Below are positions 10,002-27,900 of a stretch of 64,000 nucleotides of DNA, one piece after another. The stretch lies in NCBI GenBank assembly GCA_010015585.1, contig ML975170.1. One strand, 5' to 3'. The first letter of the stretch is position 1. Each line of letters begins with the position of its first letter. The DNA is from Eremomyces bilateralis CBS 781.70. Lineage: Eukaryota. Position numbers and translations under genes: made by a program. A model generated the notes under the pieces. The model was not told where the DNA came from. It worked only from the letters and a program-made list of their open reading frames with translations, and made no database searches.

Positions 10002-11887
10002 TCACAAAGTAACCACGCTCGCCTCCAAAACCCCCTCCTCTCCAATCAGCCCCTTCACCACCGCATCCTCCACCGGCCGATCCACCTCCAAAATCATCAA
10101 CGCCTCATTCTCCGATTCCACCCCCCCGTTCCCCTCAAACGTCTTCCCCCCCGTCCGCAGCGGCGCCACGCTCATGTACCGGATATTCACCCCGGCTTTC
10201 CCCAGCCGCGACCCCACGAACCCGATCTTCCCCACGCTGTCGAAGTTCCGGCAGATCAACAGCGTCCCCGCCGGCACGAAGTTCGTCGAGAACCGGTCCA
10301 GCGTGCGGATGTACGGCGTGTTCGCCGACACGAAGCCCTGGATCTCCTGCTCCTCCTCCGTGGCGTCCGCGCTCGCGCCGCTCGAGCGGGAGAGGCGCGC
10401 CTTCAGCGTCACCGAGGCGGCGTACCCCTTCTCGTCCACGTTCTCGCGCGATCGCGACTCGTTGATCGTGATCCCTCGCTCTTTCGCCACCAGTTCTGCG
10501 TTAACGATGTTCACGTTCGTACCATCCGGCCCCGCGATCGTCGCCAGCAGGCCCTTCACCAGCGCCGCGAACAACGGTTTCGTGGTGTTCAGGTTCGCTA
10601 ACGCGCCTTCGTAGATCAGGTCGAACGTCGTGCGGAAATGCGCGTTCGTCCCGGGTAGGCCGTCGCGGCGATAGCGCGCGCAATGCTGCGTGTACAGCGT
10701 CCCCATCTTCTCCACGAGCCCGACGAAGGGTTTTAGCGTGCCGTATTCCTCGGGGAGAATGAAAGGGGCGTTGACAGCGGACCGCGGCAGCTGGCCCGCG
10801 AGGATGAGAATCACCTGCTCGCAGACGTCCAGGGATACGTTCTCCTGCGCCTCGACGGTGCTGGCCCCGAGATGCGGGGTGGCGACGACGGCGGGGTGGG
10901 CGATGAGGCGGGAGGTCACGGAGTCGGGCTGCGGAGGCTCGGAGGTGAAAACGTCGAGGCCGGCGCCGGCGATGGTTTGGGCGGAGAGGGCGGAGAGGAG
11001 GGCCGCTTCGTCGATCATGCCGCCTCGAGCGACGTTGAGGAGGCGCGCGGTGGGCTTCATGATGGCGAGCTCGGCGGCGCCGATCATCCCTTTTGTGCTG
11101 GCAATTAGGGGGGTGTGGATGGTGAAGAAGTCCGCGAGGGGGAGGAGGTCTTTGATAGATGGGTAGAGGGTGACGTTCGCCGCGGCGGCGATATTGGGAT
11201 TGGCATAGGGGTCATAGGCGATCAAGTTCATGCCCAAGCCTCCGGCTTGACGAGCAACGGTGAGTCCCACTGGTAAAAGAGTTCGTTAGATGAGTCGAAT
11301 CAGATTTAGCTACTCTCCATATTCACCCGGAGATCAAGATACAACTTACCCTTCCCGAGTCCTACAATCGCCAATGTCTTTCCCTTCACCTCAACACCCA
11401 CAAGTCGGCTCCTCTCCCATTTCCCGGCTTTGAGACTCGCACAGGCATCGCCGACATTCCTTGCAACGGCCATCATCACTGTCCAGAACCATCAGTCGGA
11501 CATCATCAAATTGGAATTGTCCCCTTGATACTCACATGCGATGGTATGTTCCGCCGCCGCATTGATATTCCCCACTGGACTATTCACAACAATCACTCCC
11601 AACGTCGTCGCCGTCGCTACATCGACATTATCCACGCCGACGCCGGCCCTCGCCACGACCTTCAACTTCTTGCCGGCCCTCAGCAGCTCGGCCGTCACCT
11701 TCGTCTCGCTACGGACGATGAGGGCATCGTAGTCCGGGATGATCCGGAGGAGCTCCTCGGGGCTGAGGCCATGCTTCTGATGGATCGTGGTCGACTTCTT
11801 GAGGATCTCGATGCCGTCTGGGGAGATTTTCTCGGGGATGAGGATCTTAGGGAGGGCGGGTTGGAAGCCGGGGGCGGGGATGGGCAT
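10002..11887 (-). CDS. serA: D-3-phosphoglycerate dehydrogenase, type I architecture (ASB + ACT domains); 3 exons
   Basis: ALIVRSETKVT, ARAGVGVDNVD, GKTLAIVGLGK/VG, NVARGG, TPHLGASTVEAQ, VNIVNAELVAKERGI (ASB-like) and an ACT-like C-terminus. Confidence 0.92.
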
Positions 11888-13274
11888 GGCGGATGGTCAA
11901 AGGGGTGGGCTATCTTGACACAGGTCAATGAGAAGGGGCCACTGGCGGCACGAACAAGGTTCACTGAAAGACGAAAGGGAAGAAGGACTTGACGATGACT
12001 GTGACAGTAATCAAAGAATGAAACAGGTTGGCTTCGCGCTCACCCCGCGGGAGGACATGGCCTGAATGAAATAGAAAAAGCACCTCCGGCTAGACCTTTC
12101 CATCGTTTGCCAATCGCACTCCACTCGACTCAGCCACGGTCACCTAATTTTTCGCCGGCATGCCGCGCCGTATGTGTTACGTTGTGCTAATTCACACAGC
12201 AGATCCGTTGGGTGACTTGTGTTGCTGGATGAAGCAAAGCCTGGGCCGGTTGCGGAGACGCTAAGATTTGCGCCAGGACGTTTTTTATGGCGTTCCCCCA
12301 CGTTAACCCCGCAGCGTGAGTCGTGGGCAATGCGGGATGGAGGGGGAGATGAGGTCCTCGTCACGTCGTGGCGCCGATGGCAATCCTTCCGACTGGTTTC
12401 CCTGGGTTTATATTACGGTCAATTGCATCAAAGACCATGATTTATCATTACTGTGATAGGGTCCATAGCCTACCTACTTCAGTGCCCAAGAATGTGACAG
12501 CATGGGATGAAACGTTATACGATGCCATCCTACTACCTCGTCTGTCCAAGCCGTAACTCGCGAAGACTCCTAAGAAGCGGAGACACCACATCGGAACCGC
12601 TCTAGGAAAAAGTAATCTCCGATTTTAGGATCTCTCGATGCTTCCGTGTGTTCGTCTCCGATTTCTAGCCGAGTCAAATGAGGCGACAGGCGTTCGTGAC
12701 AGTCGCCTTTGAAGCACGCCGTCCGAATAATATCTCCTGTTACTCGACAAGCACACGGGAACGAGGCGCCTTTTCTGCTGTACAGTCATCAACCGAGTGG
12801 GGGTCATGTCACATAGAACAATAGCACTAGGATGGAACAGGAAAATACGATCATAATTCGATAATTCCACAATGATTCGCATACACGTTCGATCGAGGAA
12901 ACTCATTCTAGCACTAGTTTCGCCACCCCCCATCAACACCCTCGGAGGGTTGGAACCCCCGAACCCGTCTCCACGCTCCCGGTATTGGCCCCCTTCCTGC
13001 GGTAGGATTGAAAGATAGTTGACGTGAGGGGGGAAAAGCGAAGGTCAGAACAATTAGTTGCGATGGAGGCTCGCTGGCACGGGCCGAGGACAATTGTCCG
13101 ATGTCCCGAGAGTATCCCACCGTGATGAACGATTCGATCTCATGCCGTGAATGGAAGCGCTGCGAAACCTCGGATTTGGCCATGGAATCGCTCCGGATGA
13201 TTAGTGTGGCTCTATGGTCTTCAAGGGATGAACAGTGCTCCTCCGCTGCGCTTCACTCTGCAGGTGAATCCACA

Positions 13275-14603
13275 TCACTCCTTCGACAACGGGTCCACCT
13301 CCTCCATCCCCGCCTGGCCCCGTCTCGGATCGTTCCGCCGCATGATGCTCTCCACCGGCCCCAGTAATCTCTGGAATGCGTCCTTGCCCATGGTGGCAAC
13401 CTTCACCTCGGACTTGCTAATGACGCTCGCCGCGCGCGGCTGATCGTCGAGCAGCGCCAGCTCGCCGAAGTAGCCGCCCTTCTCAATCCGGTTGATGGGC
13501 TTGTCGGCGCCGCGCTTGAACACCTCCGCTTCCCCCTGCTCGACGATGTAGAACGCGTCGCCCGGGTCCCCTTCGCGGATGATGGTAGTGCCGGGCGGGT
13601 ATTTCTTGCTCTCCAGCGCGTCGGCGATCTTGCTGCGCTCGTACGGCGTCAGGGTCACGAACAGCGGGACCTCCTCGAGGAACTTCTCGTACATCCGGCG
13701 GCGCTGGAAGGCGCTGTCCATCAGGATGCGGCGGAACGTGACGCGGTCGAGCGCCCAGAGGGTGGAGGACTCGGCGGACACGACGGAGGCGGCGCGCGGG
13801 GCGTTGTACATGAGGGCCAGCTCGCCGAAGGAACCGCCGGCGCCGACGGTGCCGACGTTGTTGCCGAGGCCCTCGATGCCAGGTTGGATCTTGCCGGAGG
13901 GGTGGACAAAGACGTCGAAGGTGCCGGATTCGACGACGTAGAAGTTGTCGCCCTCGGCGCCTTGTTCGATGACTTTTACGCCTTTGGCGGGGATGCGCTT
14001 CTCCTGTAGGGCGCCGAGAACCTGGGAGGACTGCTCCTCGTCGAGGTGGGCGAAGAGGAAGTTCTGGGCCACGGCGTTGGTGAGGCGGGTTTGTTGTTCC
14101 TTGGTCTTAGGATAGAATGGAGGGACCCAATTGGAGCTGAAGGTCGAGGCCGGGTCGAGGGACTCGGCGGAGACGGAGATACGACGGTTGAGGTTGTAAT
14201 TATTGGGGAAGTTGGACGCGTCGCCACCTCCGGATGGGGGGGCACCAACGGATGCACTGAAGCCGCCAAAATTGAATTGATGGCCGTCGGCGGTGGTTCC
14301 GTTGCCAGCATCGCGGGGGTTGGAGGCGTTCATGGTGGTGTCGAAAGGGTTGGAAGGGAAAGACGACGCGGTTGGGGAGGCGACGGCCTCATCTTCCTGC
14401 AACGCTTGCATTCCTCGGATGTTGGGGTCGACCATGCCGCTCTTGCGCGACTGCGGGTTGGCGACCAGGAATTCGTGCCGCTGCGAGGCGAGGCGGCGTT
14501 GGAAGTAGTCGGCGCAGAATTGAAGGATGTCGTCAGGGCTGGCTTCGATGAATTCGCGGTTGAGGGTATTGATTTCATGGAAGTATTCCGGTGGAAGCGA
14601 CAT
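13275..14603 (-). CDS. BCY1: cAMP-dependent protein kinase regulatory subunit (intronless)
   Basis: N-terminal dimerisation/docking region, RRISVSAE inhibitor site, and two cNMP-binding domains (FGELAL...PRAAS twice). Confidence 0.97.
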   Translation of the reverse strand: MSLPPEYFHEINTLNREFIEASPDDILQFCADYFQRRLASQRHEFLVANPQSRKSGMVDPNIRGMQALQEDEAVASPTASSFPSNPFDTTMNASNPRDAGNGTTADGHQFNFGGFSASVGAPPSGGGDASNFPNNYNLNRRISVSAESLDPASTFSSNWVPPFYPKTKEQQTRLTNAVAQNFLFAHLDEEQSSQVLGALQEKRIPAKGVKVIEQGAEGDNFYVVESGTFDVFVHPSGKIQPGIEGLGNNVGTVGAGGSFGELALMYNAPRAASVVSAESSTLWALDRVTFRRILMDSAFQRRRMYEKFLEEVPLFVTLTPYERSKIADALESKKYPPGTTIIREGDPGDAFYIVEQGEAEVFKRGADKPINRIEKGGYFGELALLDDQPRAASVISKSEVKVATMGKDAFQRLLGPVESIMRRNDPRRGQAGMEEVDPLSKE

Positions 14604-15254
14604 GAGGATCGAGGTTACAACTTATGAGGTAGCGAGGGATCGGGGTAATGCTGTATTATGCAATAGTCCGACTGTAGTGCGGCGGGGGAGGAGGAGACGT
14701 GGAGAGGATTGGAGCTGGGGTGTAGCTGGGGAGGAGGATTTGGCGGGGATTGATGATGGTATGGAGTTGGGGGAGGTAACAGGTTCGATTTGATGACGGC
14801 TGGTCCGACGACACCGGATTTTGTTCGAATAAGATGAACTGGAATCTTTTCCTGGTGCGAGCGAGTCCTTACAAGTATACAGTAACGCGAGAAGTGTTGC
14901 ATAGGTACTTGTAATACATAGAAGAAGTGCGAAGAAGTGGCTCTAATGGTCAGGTCAGAGCTTGAGTCAGCACCGCACTTAGAGTACCAGGGGACTACAG
15001 AGGAGCGTTCAGCCCTGAAGCCTTCAGCAGTGCGCAATAATGAATTGCAATAATGAAGTGTCTCAACTCTTAGACTCAGACCGTCGGTTGCATCTCACAT
15101 CAAAGAAACAAAGATGCCAGTCCACAGTCAACAGAAGGTGCTTGACTGCTTGCAAAAGCCCAAGCTTGCATGGAACCTGATGCATGATGGTGAAATTGGG
15201 GGGAGCTGGTGAGCAACAGCTGGTTCGTAGTTCGTACCGGAGGAGGTGAGGGGC

Positions 15255-15283
15255 TTGCATGAATTGCATGAATTGCATGAATT
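15255..15283. repeat. 9-bp tandem repeat (TTGCATGAA)x3 in the PKA-R/SNF1 intergenic region
   Basis: ttgcatgaa ttgcatgaa ttgcatgaa tt read directly. Confidence 0.9.
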
Positions 15284-15682
15284 AATCAATTCGACAGCTC
15301 CAAAGGCTCCAAGCGCCCTTCTTCGCCCCCTTCTAGAATCCATCCAGAAGCTCTTGCGAAGCTTCCCAACCAACCCAGCTGCCAGCTGGAGATGACGTTG
15401 ACATGGAACATTGGTATTCCGCTACCGGTATTTCCGCTATAGGTGTTCTTTCAGTACGGGTGGTAACCTATACAATATGATTAATAAATACCACTGATAC
15501 CTTGCTGCCTCTGTCTCAAAGCATGATCGGTGCCTATTTTTAGTATTATTCCGCCCAGTGCGGAGTAACTGAAATTTAAACTGACCTAAAATTGAACAAC
15601 TGGAACTGTTCCGGGGTTGACCCCAACCCCTCCTGATGCCTTGATGCCTTGATGACTTGGTGCCTTAACTTCTCAGAATTTG

Positions 15683-15708
15683 CACGTGATGTCACGTGGT
15701 GTCATGTG
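15683..15708. promoter_or_regulatory. Three E-box motifs at 10-bp period (CACGTG, CACGTG, CATGTG)
   Basis: Hexamers start at 15683, 15693 and 15703 in the divergent promoter region. Confidence 0.5.
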
Positions 15709-16227
15709 CAAGGATTTCCCCAACCTCCTCTCCAATTCTCCCTGTAATCTGTATGCTGCCATCGCATCCTATGCTCTCCGTAGCTGATAGAGAAGGTCCT
15801 AAGAATCTTCCGCGGAACCGTGTGCTTGTACTAAGCGCATTGTAATTAGCTGGGGTCCTTTAGTGGTGGTTGATCTCACCTAGCGCCAGAGCAGCCGATT
15901 GATAGTCTGTGATCGATTTCCTCGGGCGAGCCGTGGTATATTTACGATCCCTCCTCAACAGTTGTCTCGGCGCCCTTTGCAAACGGATTCCGCCCAATTC
16001 CGTGATAGACCGCATGCTTGTGATCCAGGCAACGCCCAACAAAATCCCCCAGTGCTGTCATCGTTGGGGCTCCACGCTATTCGCTTTCACTCCGCATGCC
16101 CCACTCTCTTTCGCTCTGCACGTCCCACCACACTTCTCCCCATACGCAAACGTCAACTCCATCTTCTCGCTCTCCATTGCTTCAAGACCGTCTCGACAAC
16201 CTCGAGTGACCGCAGGTCTCAAGCAAT

Positions 16228-18875
16228 ATGTCGTCCGCCTTGGACGATGAGGACTTGTCCTTGTCGATCTCGGCACCCAATCCTCGCCGTACACCGACCG
16301 GCCCGCCAGCCGACCCTCGTCATGGCCGGCAGGCGGTCCCCCAAGCGATCCAAACCACGCGAACCGATCCGGCGTCCAAGAAAGCCCAGCAGCGCATGGG
16401 GGCGTACAATATCGTCAAGACTCTCGGAGAGGGTTCATTTGGGAAGGTCAAGCTCGCCGTCCATGCGGTCAGCGGACAGAAGGTCGCGCTCAAGATCATC
16501 GCCCGTCGAAAGCTGGTGACGCGCGATATGGCCGGCCGGATCGAGAGAGAGATCCAATATTTGCAATTGCTCCGGCATCCGCATATCATCAAGCTCTACA
16601 CTGTCGTGACTACGCCGTCGGACATTGTCATGGTGCTGGAATACGCCGGGGGTGAGCTGTTCGATTATATCGTGCAACATGGCCGCATGTCGGAAGAGAA
16701 GGCTCGGAGGTTTTTCCAACAGATCATATGTGCGGTCGAATACTGCCATCGCCACAAAATCGTCCATCGAGACTTGAAGCCGGAGAACTTGCTGCTGGAC
16801 GAGGACTTGAACGTCAAGATCGCCGACTTCGGCCTCAGCAATATCATGACGGACGGCAATTTTTTGCGAACCAGCTGTGGCAGTCCCAATTACGCTGCAC
16901 CGGAGGTCATCTCGGGAAAGCTGTATGCCGGACCAGAAGTCGATGTGTGGAGCTGCGGCGTCATTCTCTATGTCCTCTTGTGTGGTCGGCTCCCCTTCGA
17001 CGATGACTATATTCCCTCGCTCTTCAAGAAAATTGCCCAAGGCACGTACTCGATTCCCCCGTATGTCACTCCCGGACCTCGACGCATCATCTCGAAAATG
17101 TTGGCGGTGAACCCGGTTCACCGCATCACCGTCCAGGAAATTCGAAAGGATCCGTGGTTCAATACGGATCTGTCCCCGTACTTGCAGATTCCCCCGGAGG
17201 AGTTCTACAATACCGGCGTGGACCCAAACAAGGCCATCGACCCTCGCGCGCTGGCTTCGTCGAAGCAGGACGAGGCGGTACAGAAACTGCATGACACGGT
17301 GGTTGGTAAGCTTGGGAAGACGATGGGCTATGGAAAAGACGACGTGCAAGAGGCGTTGGCAAAGGACGAACCTAGTGCGATCAAAGATGCCTATCTCATC
17401 GTGCGCGAGAACCAAATCATGAAGGAAAATCGTAAGTCACAGGCAAGGTCGCAACACAGGCTGCCACATGCTCCCACTTACATCGTATGCTAACATCACC
17501 GTCAACAGCACTCGTCACCCGGGAAGCTTCACTTCAAGGCTTCGTGGCTCAGTCTCCTCCTCCCGCAAATTCCCACCTTCCCCAAACCTCTTCATTCTCT
17601 CAAGACTCAACTCGTATGCCGCCCGTCATGTCACGCGCCAAAGGCCTGGTCCCCGATCGTGGACAACACAGATCGTCCCCCGGCGCTCAACCATCCCCCG
17701 AACCTCGTCTCCCACAGAGCAAAGTGTCCATCCTCCCGAGCAGCCTTCCTGAATTCCACCGAGCCTACATGGCTGGCCTTCCCAAGCCCTCCGCGCGACT
17801 CGGAAGCCAAACAGAGCTGGATGCGCCCCAGGACCAGCGCCTTCGCTCGTCGGAAGAACAGGCCGCCACCGCTGCGCGTCTCAAGCCGCATTCCCGTGGT
17901 TCGCAGATCAATCTCGAAAAAACCACCAAGCCCGATACGATGACGCCGCTTCCCCCTTCGGCGAGCAAGAAGCCAAGACCTACCAAATGGCAATTCGGCA
18001 TCCGATCCCGCAACGCTCCCGCCGAGGCCATGTTGGCTATCTTCAAGGCTCTCAAGGCCCTGGGCGCCGAATGGGAGGTCCCCAAGTACCGCAAGCCAGG
18101 GCTGCATAACTACCCCAACTATCAAGGCCCCTCCGCAGCCGCGGACGACGCGGATGACCTTCCCCATTTCAGCGACGACGATCCCGATCCCGACGTCGAA
18201 CCTCGCCACCGCCGTCCGTCCGTCTCTCACTCGCGGGGCCCGTCGACCACCGACAGCTCGCGGCTCCCCCGGTACGGTCCGCACAATGACTTCGGCTATC
18301 AAGTCCCCGAGGACATGTGGGTCATACATGCGCGCTTCCGCAAGGGCGGCATGTTCCCCCCGGGCGTCCTTCACCCCAGCTCCGCGCACTCTAGCCACGT
18401 CAACCTCACCGATCTCGACTCCCAACGCCGCAAGTCGGTCGCCACCGACGACGGCCCCGCCGACGCGACCGCCACCCCGCCCACCCGCGCCGGCAGCGTC
18501 GCCACCTCCGTCCAACCCGACGAGAGCGTATACGTCTTCATGACCATCCAGCTGTACAGCATCGAGAAGGAGTTCTTCCTCGTCGACTTCAAGTGCGCTG
18601 GCTACGAACGCATCGTTACCGAGGTCATCTCCGAAGTCACCCGCCAGAAGGCCCACGCCGCCGGCCGTCCGGTGCGCGAAGGCGATGCGGACTACGAGTT
18701 CGCGCGCGTCAACCCGGAGGGCGAGGAGGGCGATGTCGGGGACCATGAGCAGCTGTGGTATCGGGAGCGGAGGGAGTTTGGTGCGGGCCGCGCGGACGGG
18801 GAGAAGAAGGCAACGAGCGCATTTCCGTTCCTGGATGTCGCCGGGGAGCTGATCGCTCAGCTTGCGGAGGGTTAG
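16228..18875 (+). CDS. SNF1: AMP-activated / carbon catabolite-derepressing Ser/Thr kinase; 2 exons
   Basis: GEGSFGKV, HRDLKPEN, DFGLSNIMTDGNFLRTSCGSPNYAAPE, UBA-like region, KWQFGIRS and IQLY...LVDFKC C-terminal domain. Intron 17432-17508. Confidence 0.97.
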
Positions 18876-19211
18876 ATACATCATTACGCACCATGATTGA
18901 ACGAAGGTTTATGCACCAGTCATTTAGGACCTTCGACTGCGACGGTCGGGAAGACCAGCATTATGACTGAGAGGCTCCGAGGAAACGAACTCCGACGGTC
19001 GAGCTTCTATTATGGGATACACACGGAAACATGGATATAATGGGATAAAATTCCGATTAGCATGAGTTATGTAAAGTATCAATTAGCGATAACGGAATGA
19101 AAAGGTTCAATTCAAATCATCACCGCACCTGACCATCTTTTAGGCATGAAAATCTAGGAAGGCATAGATAAACATTCAATTCCAGATCTAGACGCTACAT
19201 ACGACATGGTT

Positions 19212-24105
<4,894 letters not shown>

Positions 24106-24177
24106 TCAATGGCAGCGGGAGTGCTCTGGCGGAAGGTATGCAGTTGGATCGTTGGAATGCACTGCTCCAGAAATTTA

Positions 24178-24202
24178 TGAATCACCTCCGAGTTGATGAC
24201 TC
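24178..24202. promoter_or_regulatory. Candidate Gcn4/CpcA sites upstream of ARO1
   Basis: TGAATCA (24178-24184) and TGACTC (24197-24202), ~160-185 nt upstream of the ARO1 ATG. Confidence 0.45.
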
Positions 24203-24525
24203 GTCTGGAAAATTAGCTTGAACATCCCCGATGATCGGGAGCTAGCTATGCTTGGTCTAGGCGATGCTTCCCCAGCCCTGCCAGCTCCAGGTCTCCAACC
24301 AGAGCATCAAATACTCAAATCACATCTCTCGTGCTGGGGATTGAACATGATGATTTTGCATATTGACCAAAGTCATCAGTCATGTACCGGTAGGTATTGA
24401 ATAAATCGATCTACTTTACTCTGCAATATTCGCCCAAAGAGCGGTTGACAGCGTTCCGCCCCTCCGCATCATGAGCAACACATATTCCAATCACTAGTAG
24501 ATATACCACCACAGATAGAACAATA

Positions 24526-25993
24526 CTACTCCTCCTCACTCTCATCACTCTCATCCTCCGGCACCACCGCCCGACTCCTCTCCAACATCTCCTCCTCCCT
24601 CTGATCCTGCAACCCCTGCATCAACTCCGCTTCCAGATCCGCCTCTAGATCCGCTTCCAGATCCGCCTCCAGATCCGCCTCTAGATCTGCCTCCAAACCC
24701 GCCTCCAAATCCGCCTCTATCTCATCCATCTCCTCCTCCGGTGACTTCCCCTGCCCCAGCGCCTTATGCGCCGGCGGCCCAATAGAAATCGGCACAATAT
24801 CCCGATCCTCGCCTTCGGATGCCTCGTCATCCGAGTCCTCATCCCGCTCGCCGACGGTGCCGAAGTCGATGACCTCCCTGGACACGTTCCGGGAGTGCGA
24901 CGGCGTGTGCAGCCGGCTCCCTGGGCTGGCGGAGTCGGCTGCGGAGCGAAGGGAGATGGGCCCGTCGTGGCCCGGGAGGCCGAAGTTGCGGCGCTTGCGC
25001 ATGGAGTCGGGGGGGGAGGCGCCGCCGAAGTCGATCTCGAGGCCGCCGGACTTCTCCGGGGGGTCGGGTTCTTCGGTGTCGGATTCGGAGGAGTCATGGA
25101 CGTAGTAGGCGGACTTGACGGTCGGTTTGGATGATTTGGTGGGGGCTTTCTTCTTGGGTGGCTCGGAGGGTCTAGTTGAGGCTCGGCGGTCGAGTCTGAC
25201 GGTGGGAACTTTGGATGCGGTGGATTGTGCTGGACCAGGGAGTTTGCGCTTATTCACAGTGGACGTAGTTGCCGGCTTGCGTGTAGGCGGTGGTTTTGTT
25301 GCTATCTTCCTTGCTCCCTCTGCTTTCGATATGATGGGAGTCAGCGGCCTCCCGTGTTCATTTGGAGTGGCGTTGCCCACGCGGGAAGATGGTTCGGGAG
25401 ACGGGGATTTTCGCGAATGTAGGAAATGACGGTAGTCGAACGGATTCCCTGGGTCGGGATCGGAATCGTTGTCGAGTTCGGTTTCGTCCGGCCCGTCTCC
25501 TACGTCGCCTTTGCTCGACCGCGTAGGTCGGACCTGCGGGTATTGTTCCGATAGCTTCTTCGACGATTTCTCCCATGGTGCCGATGTCAGGTTGAAGCTG
25601 TAGGAGGTAGATAAGGGTTCCAAAGCGCACGTCTGGCTTGCTTGGTCGAATACCAAGATGTAGGACTGCTTAGGCTCGATCCCTGAGCCCGCGTATTCGA
25701 ACCGACCTTGGCCCTCGTCTTCCTGTTCGTGAATCGTAAGTCTCGCGGCGGAGCCTTCCTGTGTGAAGGTTGTCTCGTGGGTTCGACTGGACGATTTCGG
25801 TTTATGATTGACTAGGACCCAAGTCAGACATGGTTGCAAGCCGGTTTCTTTGTCTCCTACATTTGATACTGGCAAACTTGGGGGAAGGGCGGCGTGGACG
25901 ACGGATGGAATCGGAAACCCGTAGAGTATATCGTCCATTCTTCGACGGGTCTGGGGCTCGCAATGAGGGGCTCGTCACCAAAGGCGACGCCAT
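24526..25993 (-). CDS. EAF (ELL-associated factor)-domain Pol II elongation factor; 2 exons
   Basis: ATG 25993 MASPLVTSP...YTLRVSDSI...FASIK, intron 25860-25812, then FNHKP...YILVFDQ...YSFNL, NPFDYRHFL and an acidic tail ending ESEEE. Confidence 0.75.
24628..24717 (-). repeat. 12-bp coding minisatellite encoding about seven copies of EADL
   Basis: Protein EADLEAGLEADLEADLEADLEADLEADLEAEL; DNA unit about GAGGCGGATCTG with synonymous variants. Confidence 0.9.
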
Positions 25994-26773
25994 GCTGAAT
26001 GCAGCTTTGAGGACAGAACTTCTCGATGCAAACCGGTCGTGAAGGGGAGGATATGAACAATACGGCGATTCCGATCAATACTAGGAATAAAGCGAGGCTA
26101 AGCGGCGTTTAAGGAAACAAAGGAATCTGCGAATAATACTCAAGCTCTGGCCGAAACGTGACTGAGGCCGGGTGACTGTGACACGCATGCATAAAGACTC
26201 CGAATCCCAACATAATTATGACCCTCAATCAGATGGGTTATGGATAAGTAATGACATTCTTGATGGCCTAACAAATGGGCCACACTAAACGACCCACTGA
26301 GCTTAGAGACCCCGAAGTGCCACGAGACCCCGCGATGTTAATATTAATAACTGACCCTGAAATCTGAATCCGCTGGTTAGCGGGGCGGCCCATAGCCCAA
26401 ATCCCAAAGGCTCTAGCCCTGGAGTGTTTCCTCCACAGGGATCAGGGTAACCAGTCAGTATTTAGAACCCGTTTGCACGTACATAGTAAGTGGATTTGTA
26501 AAGGATGCGGATGATGGGGGCATTGATCACTGTGGAACGTGAAGTTATATCAGAGGTAGGAATATATTTTCGGCTTTGATATGAAAATGCGAAGTTTGGA
26601 TAATCCGCCTGACACCCTCTCAGCGGAGCCTATCCGGAACATCTAATACATAACTGACTTGCTACCGCCTACGTCCATAAGGCAGTACTTAATTTGACAT
26701 TGCTCACTATCGCTTTCAAAGACATGGCCCAAAAAGATGATAAGGTTCGAACTGTCGTTCGTTCTCCACCCCC

Positions 26774-27698
26774 CTAAGCGGTCTTCTTCCACACTGAGTA
26801 CACCCCCAAAAGCGAGCTCACGGTCCCGGCCAGGCCGATGAATCCATCGTCAAATCCGGCGTATCCAAGCGCCGTCGATGGCACGGTCAAGTCGCACAGA
26901 TCGGAGACGAGCTGCATCGTCGTCGCGGTGCGTTCCCTGTTGCGTGTTAGGATTCTCAGAATGACGACCTCTCTCATGGGAGACGACTTACCGCTCGAGT
27001 TTCTTGCTCTCCACCACACCCTCACCATCCTTCTTGTCCACCGCCGCGGCTCGCTGCTTCAACTGATAGAGAGTGTAAAGCCCAGCGGTGGTGTTGAACA
27101 CCAGACCGGCGATCCAGAACTTGTATGCCTCCCTCTGGAGCCTCTTTGCGGCGGAATACGACCTGATCCCCGCGGCATCAACCTATATCATTCGTTATCC
27201 CGAGTTCGCCAATGCCCACCGCCATAACCTTGGACGACGAAATACATACCACCGTCAAATTATCCAACAGCATATACCCCCCATACCCCAACTGCCGTCC
27301 CACCGCGCAATACCGCAGCACGGGATCCATGTTCTTCGCGTCGGACGCCTGCGCCGCGGCGCGGAAGTGCTCGACGAACTTGCCGATGCGCAGGATCTTG
27401 CGCGTCAGACCGAACTGCTTCTTGATGGCATCGAAGGGCGCAATCGTCGAGGTCGGGTGGTTGGTGCGGAAGAGGTACCAGGAGAGGAAGCGGGAGAAGA
27501 ATTGGAGGGTGCGGAGGAGCTTGTCGCGGCCAACTATGGGGGAGAAGTATTGTTAGCGGGACGCGATGGGAGGGACGCGATTGAGGGTAAGGAGATCTAT
27601 CCAGTGCAGATGGGGGACAGGCAGTTCGTACCTGTTGTGCCGACATATTTAAGGTAGTGGGAGACCGCGGGGTGGTATACGACAGCGTCGGCGACCAT
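26774..27698 (-). CDS. PEX11: Peroxisomal biogenesis factor 11; 4 exons
   Basis: MVADAVVYHP...VGRDKLLRTLQFFSRF, RKILRIGKFVEH, DLCDLTVP, GLAGTVSSLLG...WKKTA*. Confidence 0.93.
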
Positions 27699-27878
27699 TT
27701 TGACTCGATGCAGTTGGGACAAGCTACGTGGGATCGATCAGGGTGAGTTCACGGATGACGAAGATGGGTTGAAGATGGTCAAGATGGATGGTTTTGGTTC
27801 ATTTACGATTCTTGGGCTTGGGAAATGGGACTGGGACGTGGTGGTCAGGGAACGCTTGTGATTCTACTAAAGAAGCAA

Positions 27879-27884
27879 CCTCGG
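27879..27884. promoter_or_regulatory. FarA/FarB (Ctf1)-type fatty-acid induction element CCTCGG upstream of PEX11
   Basis: CCTCGG about 180 nt upstream of the PEX11 ATG; the motif is established for peroxin and beta-oxidation promoters in filamentous ascomycetes. Confidence 0.5.
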
Positions 27885-27900
27885 CATCCAAACTTTCCGC

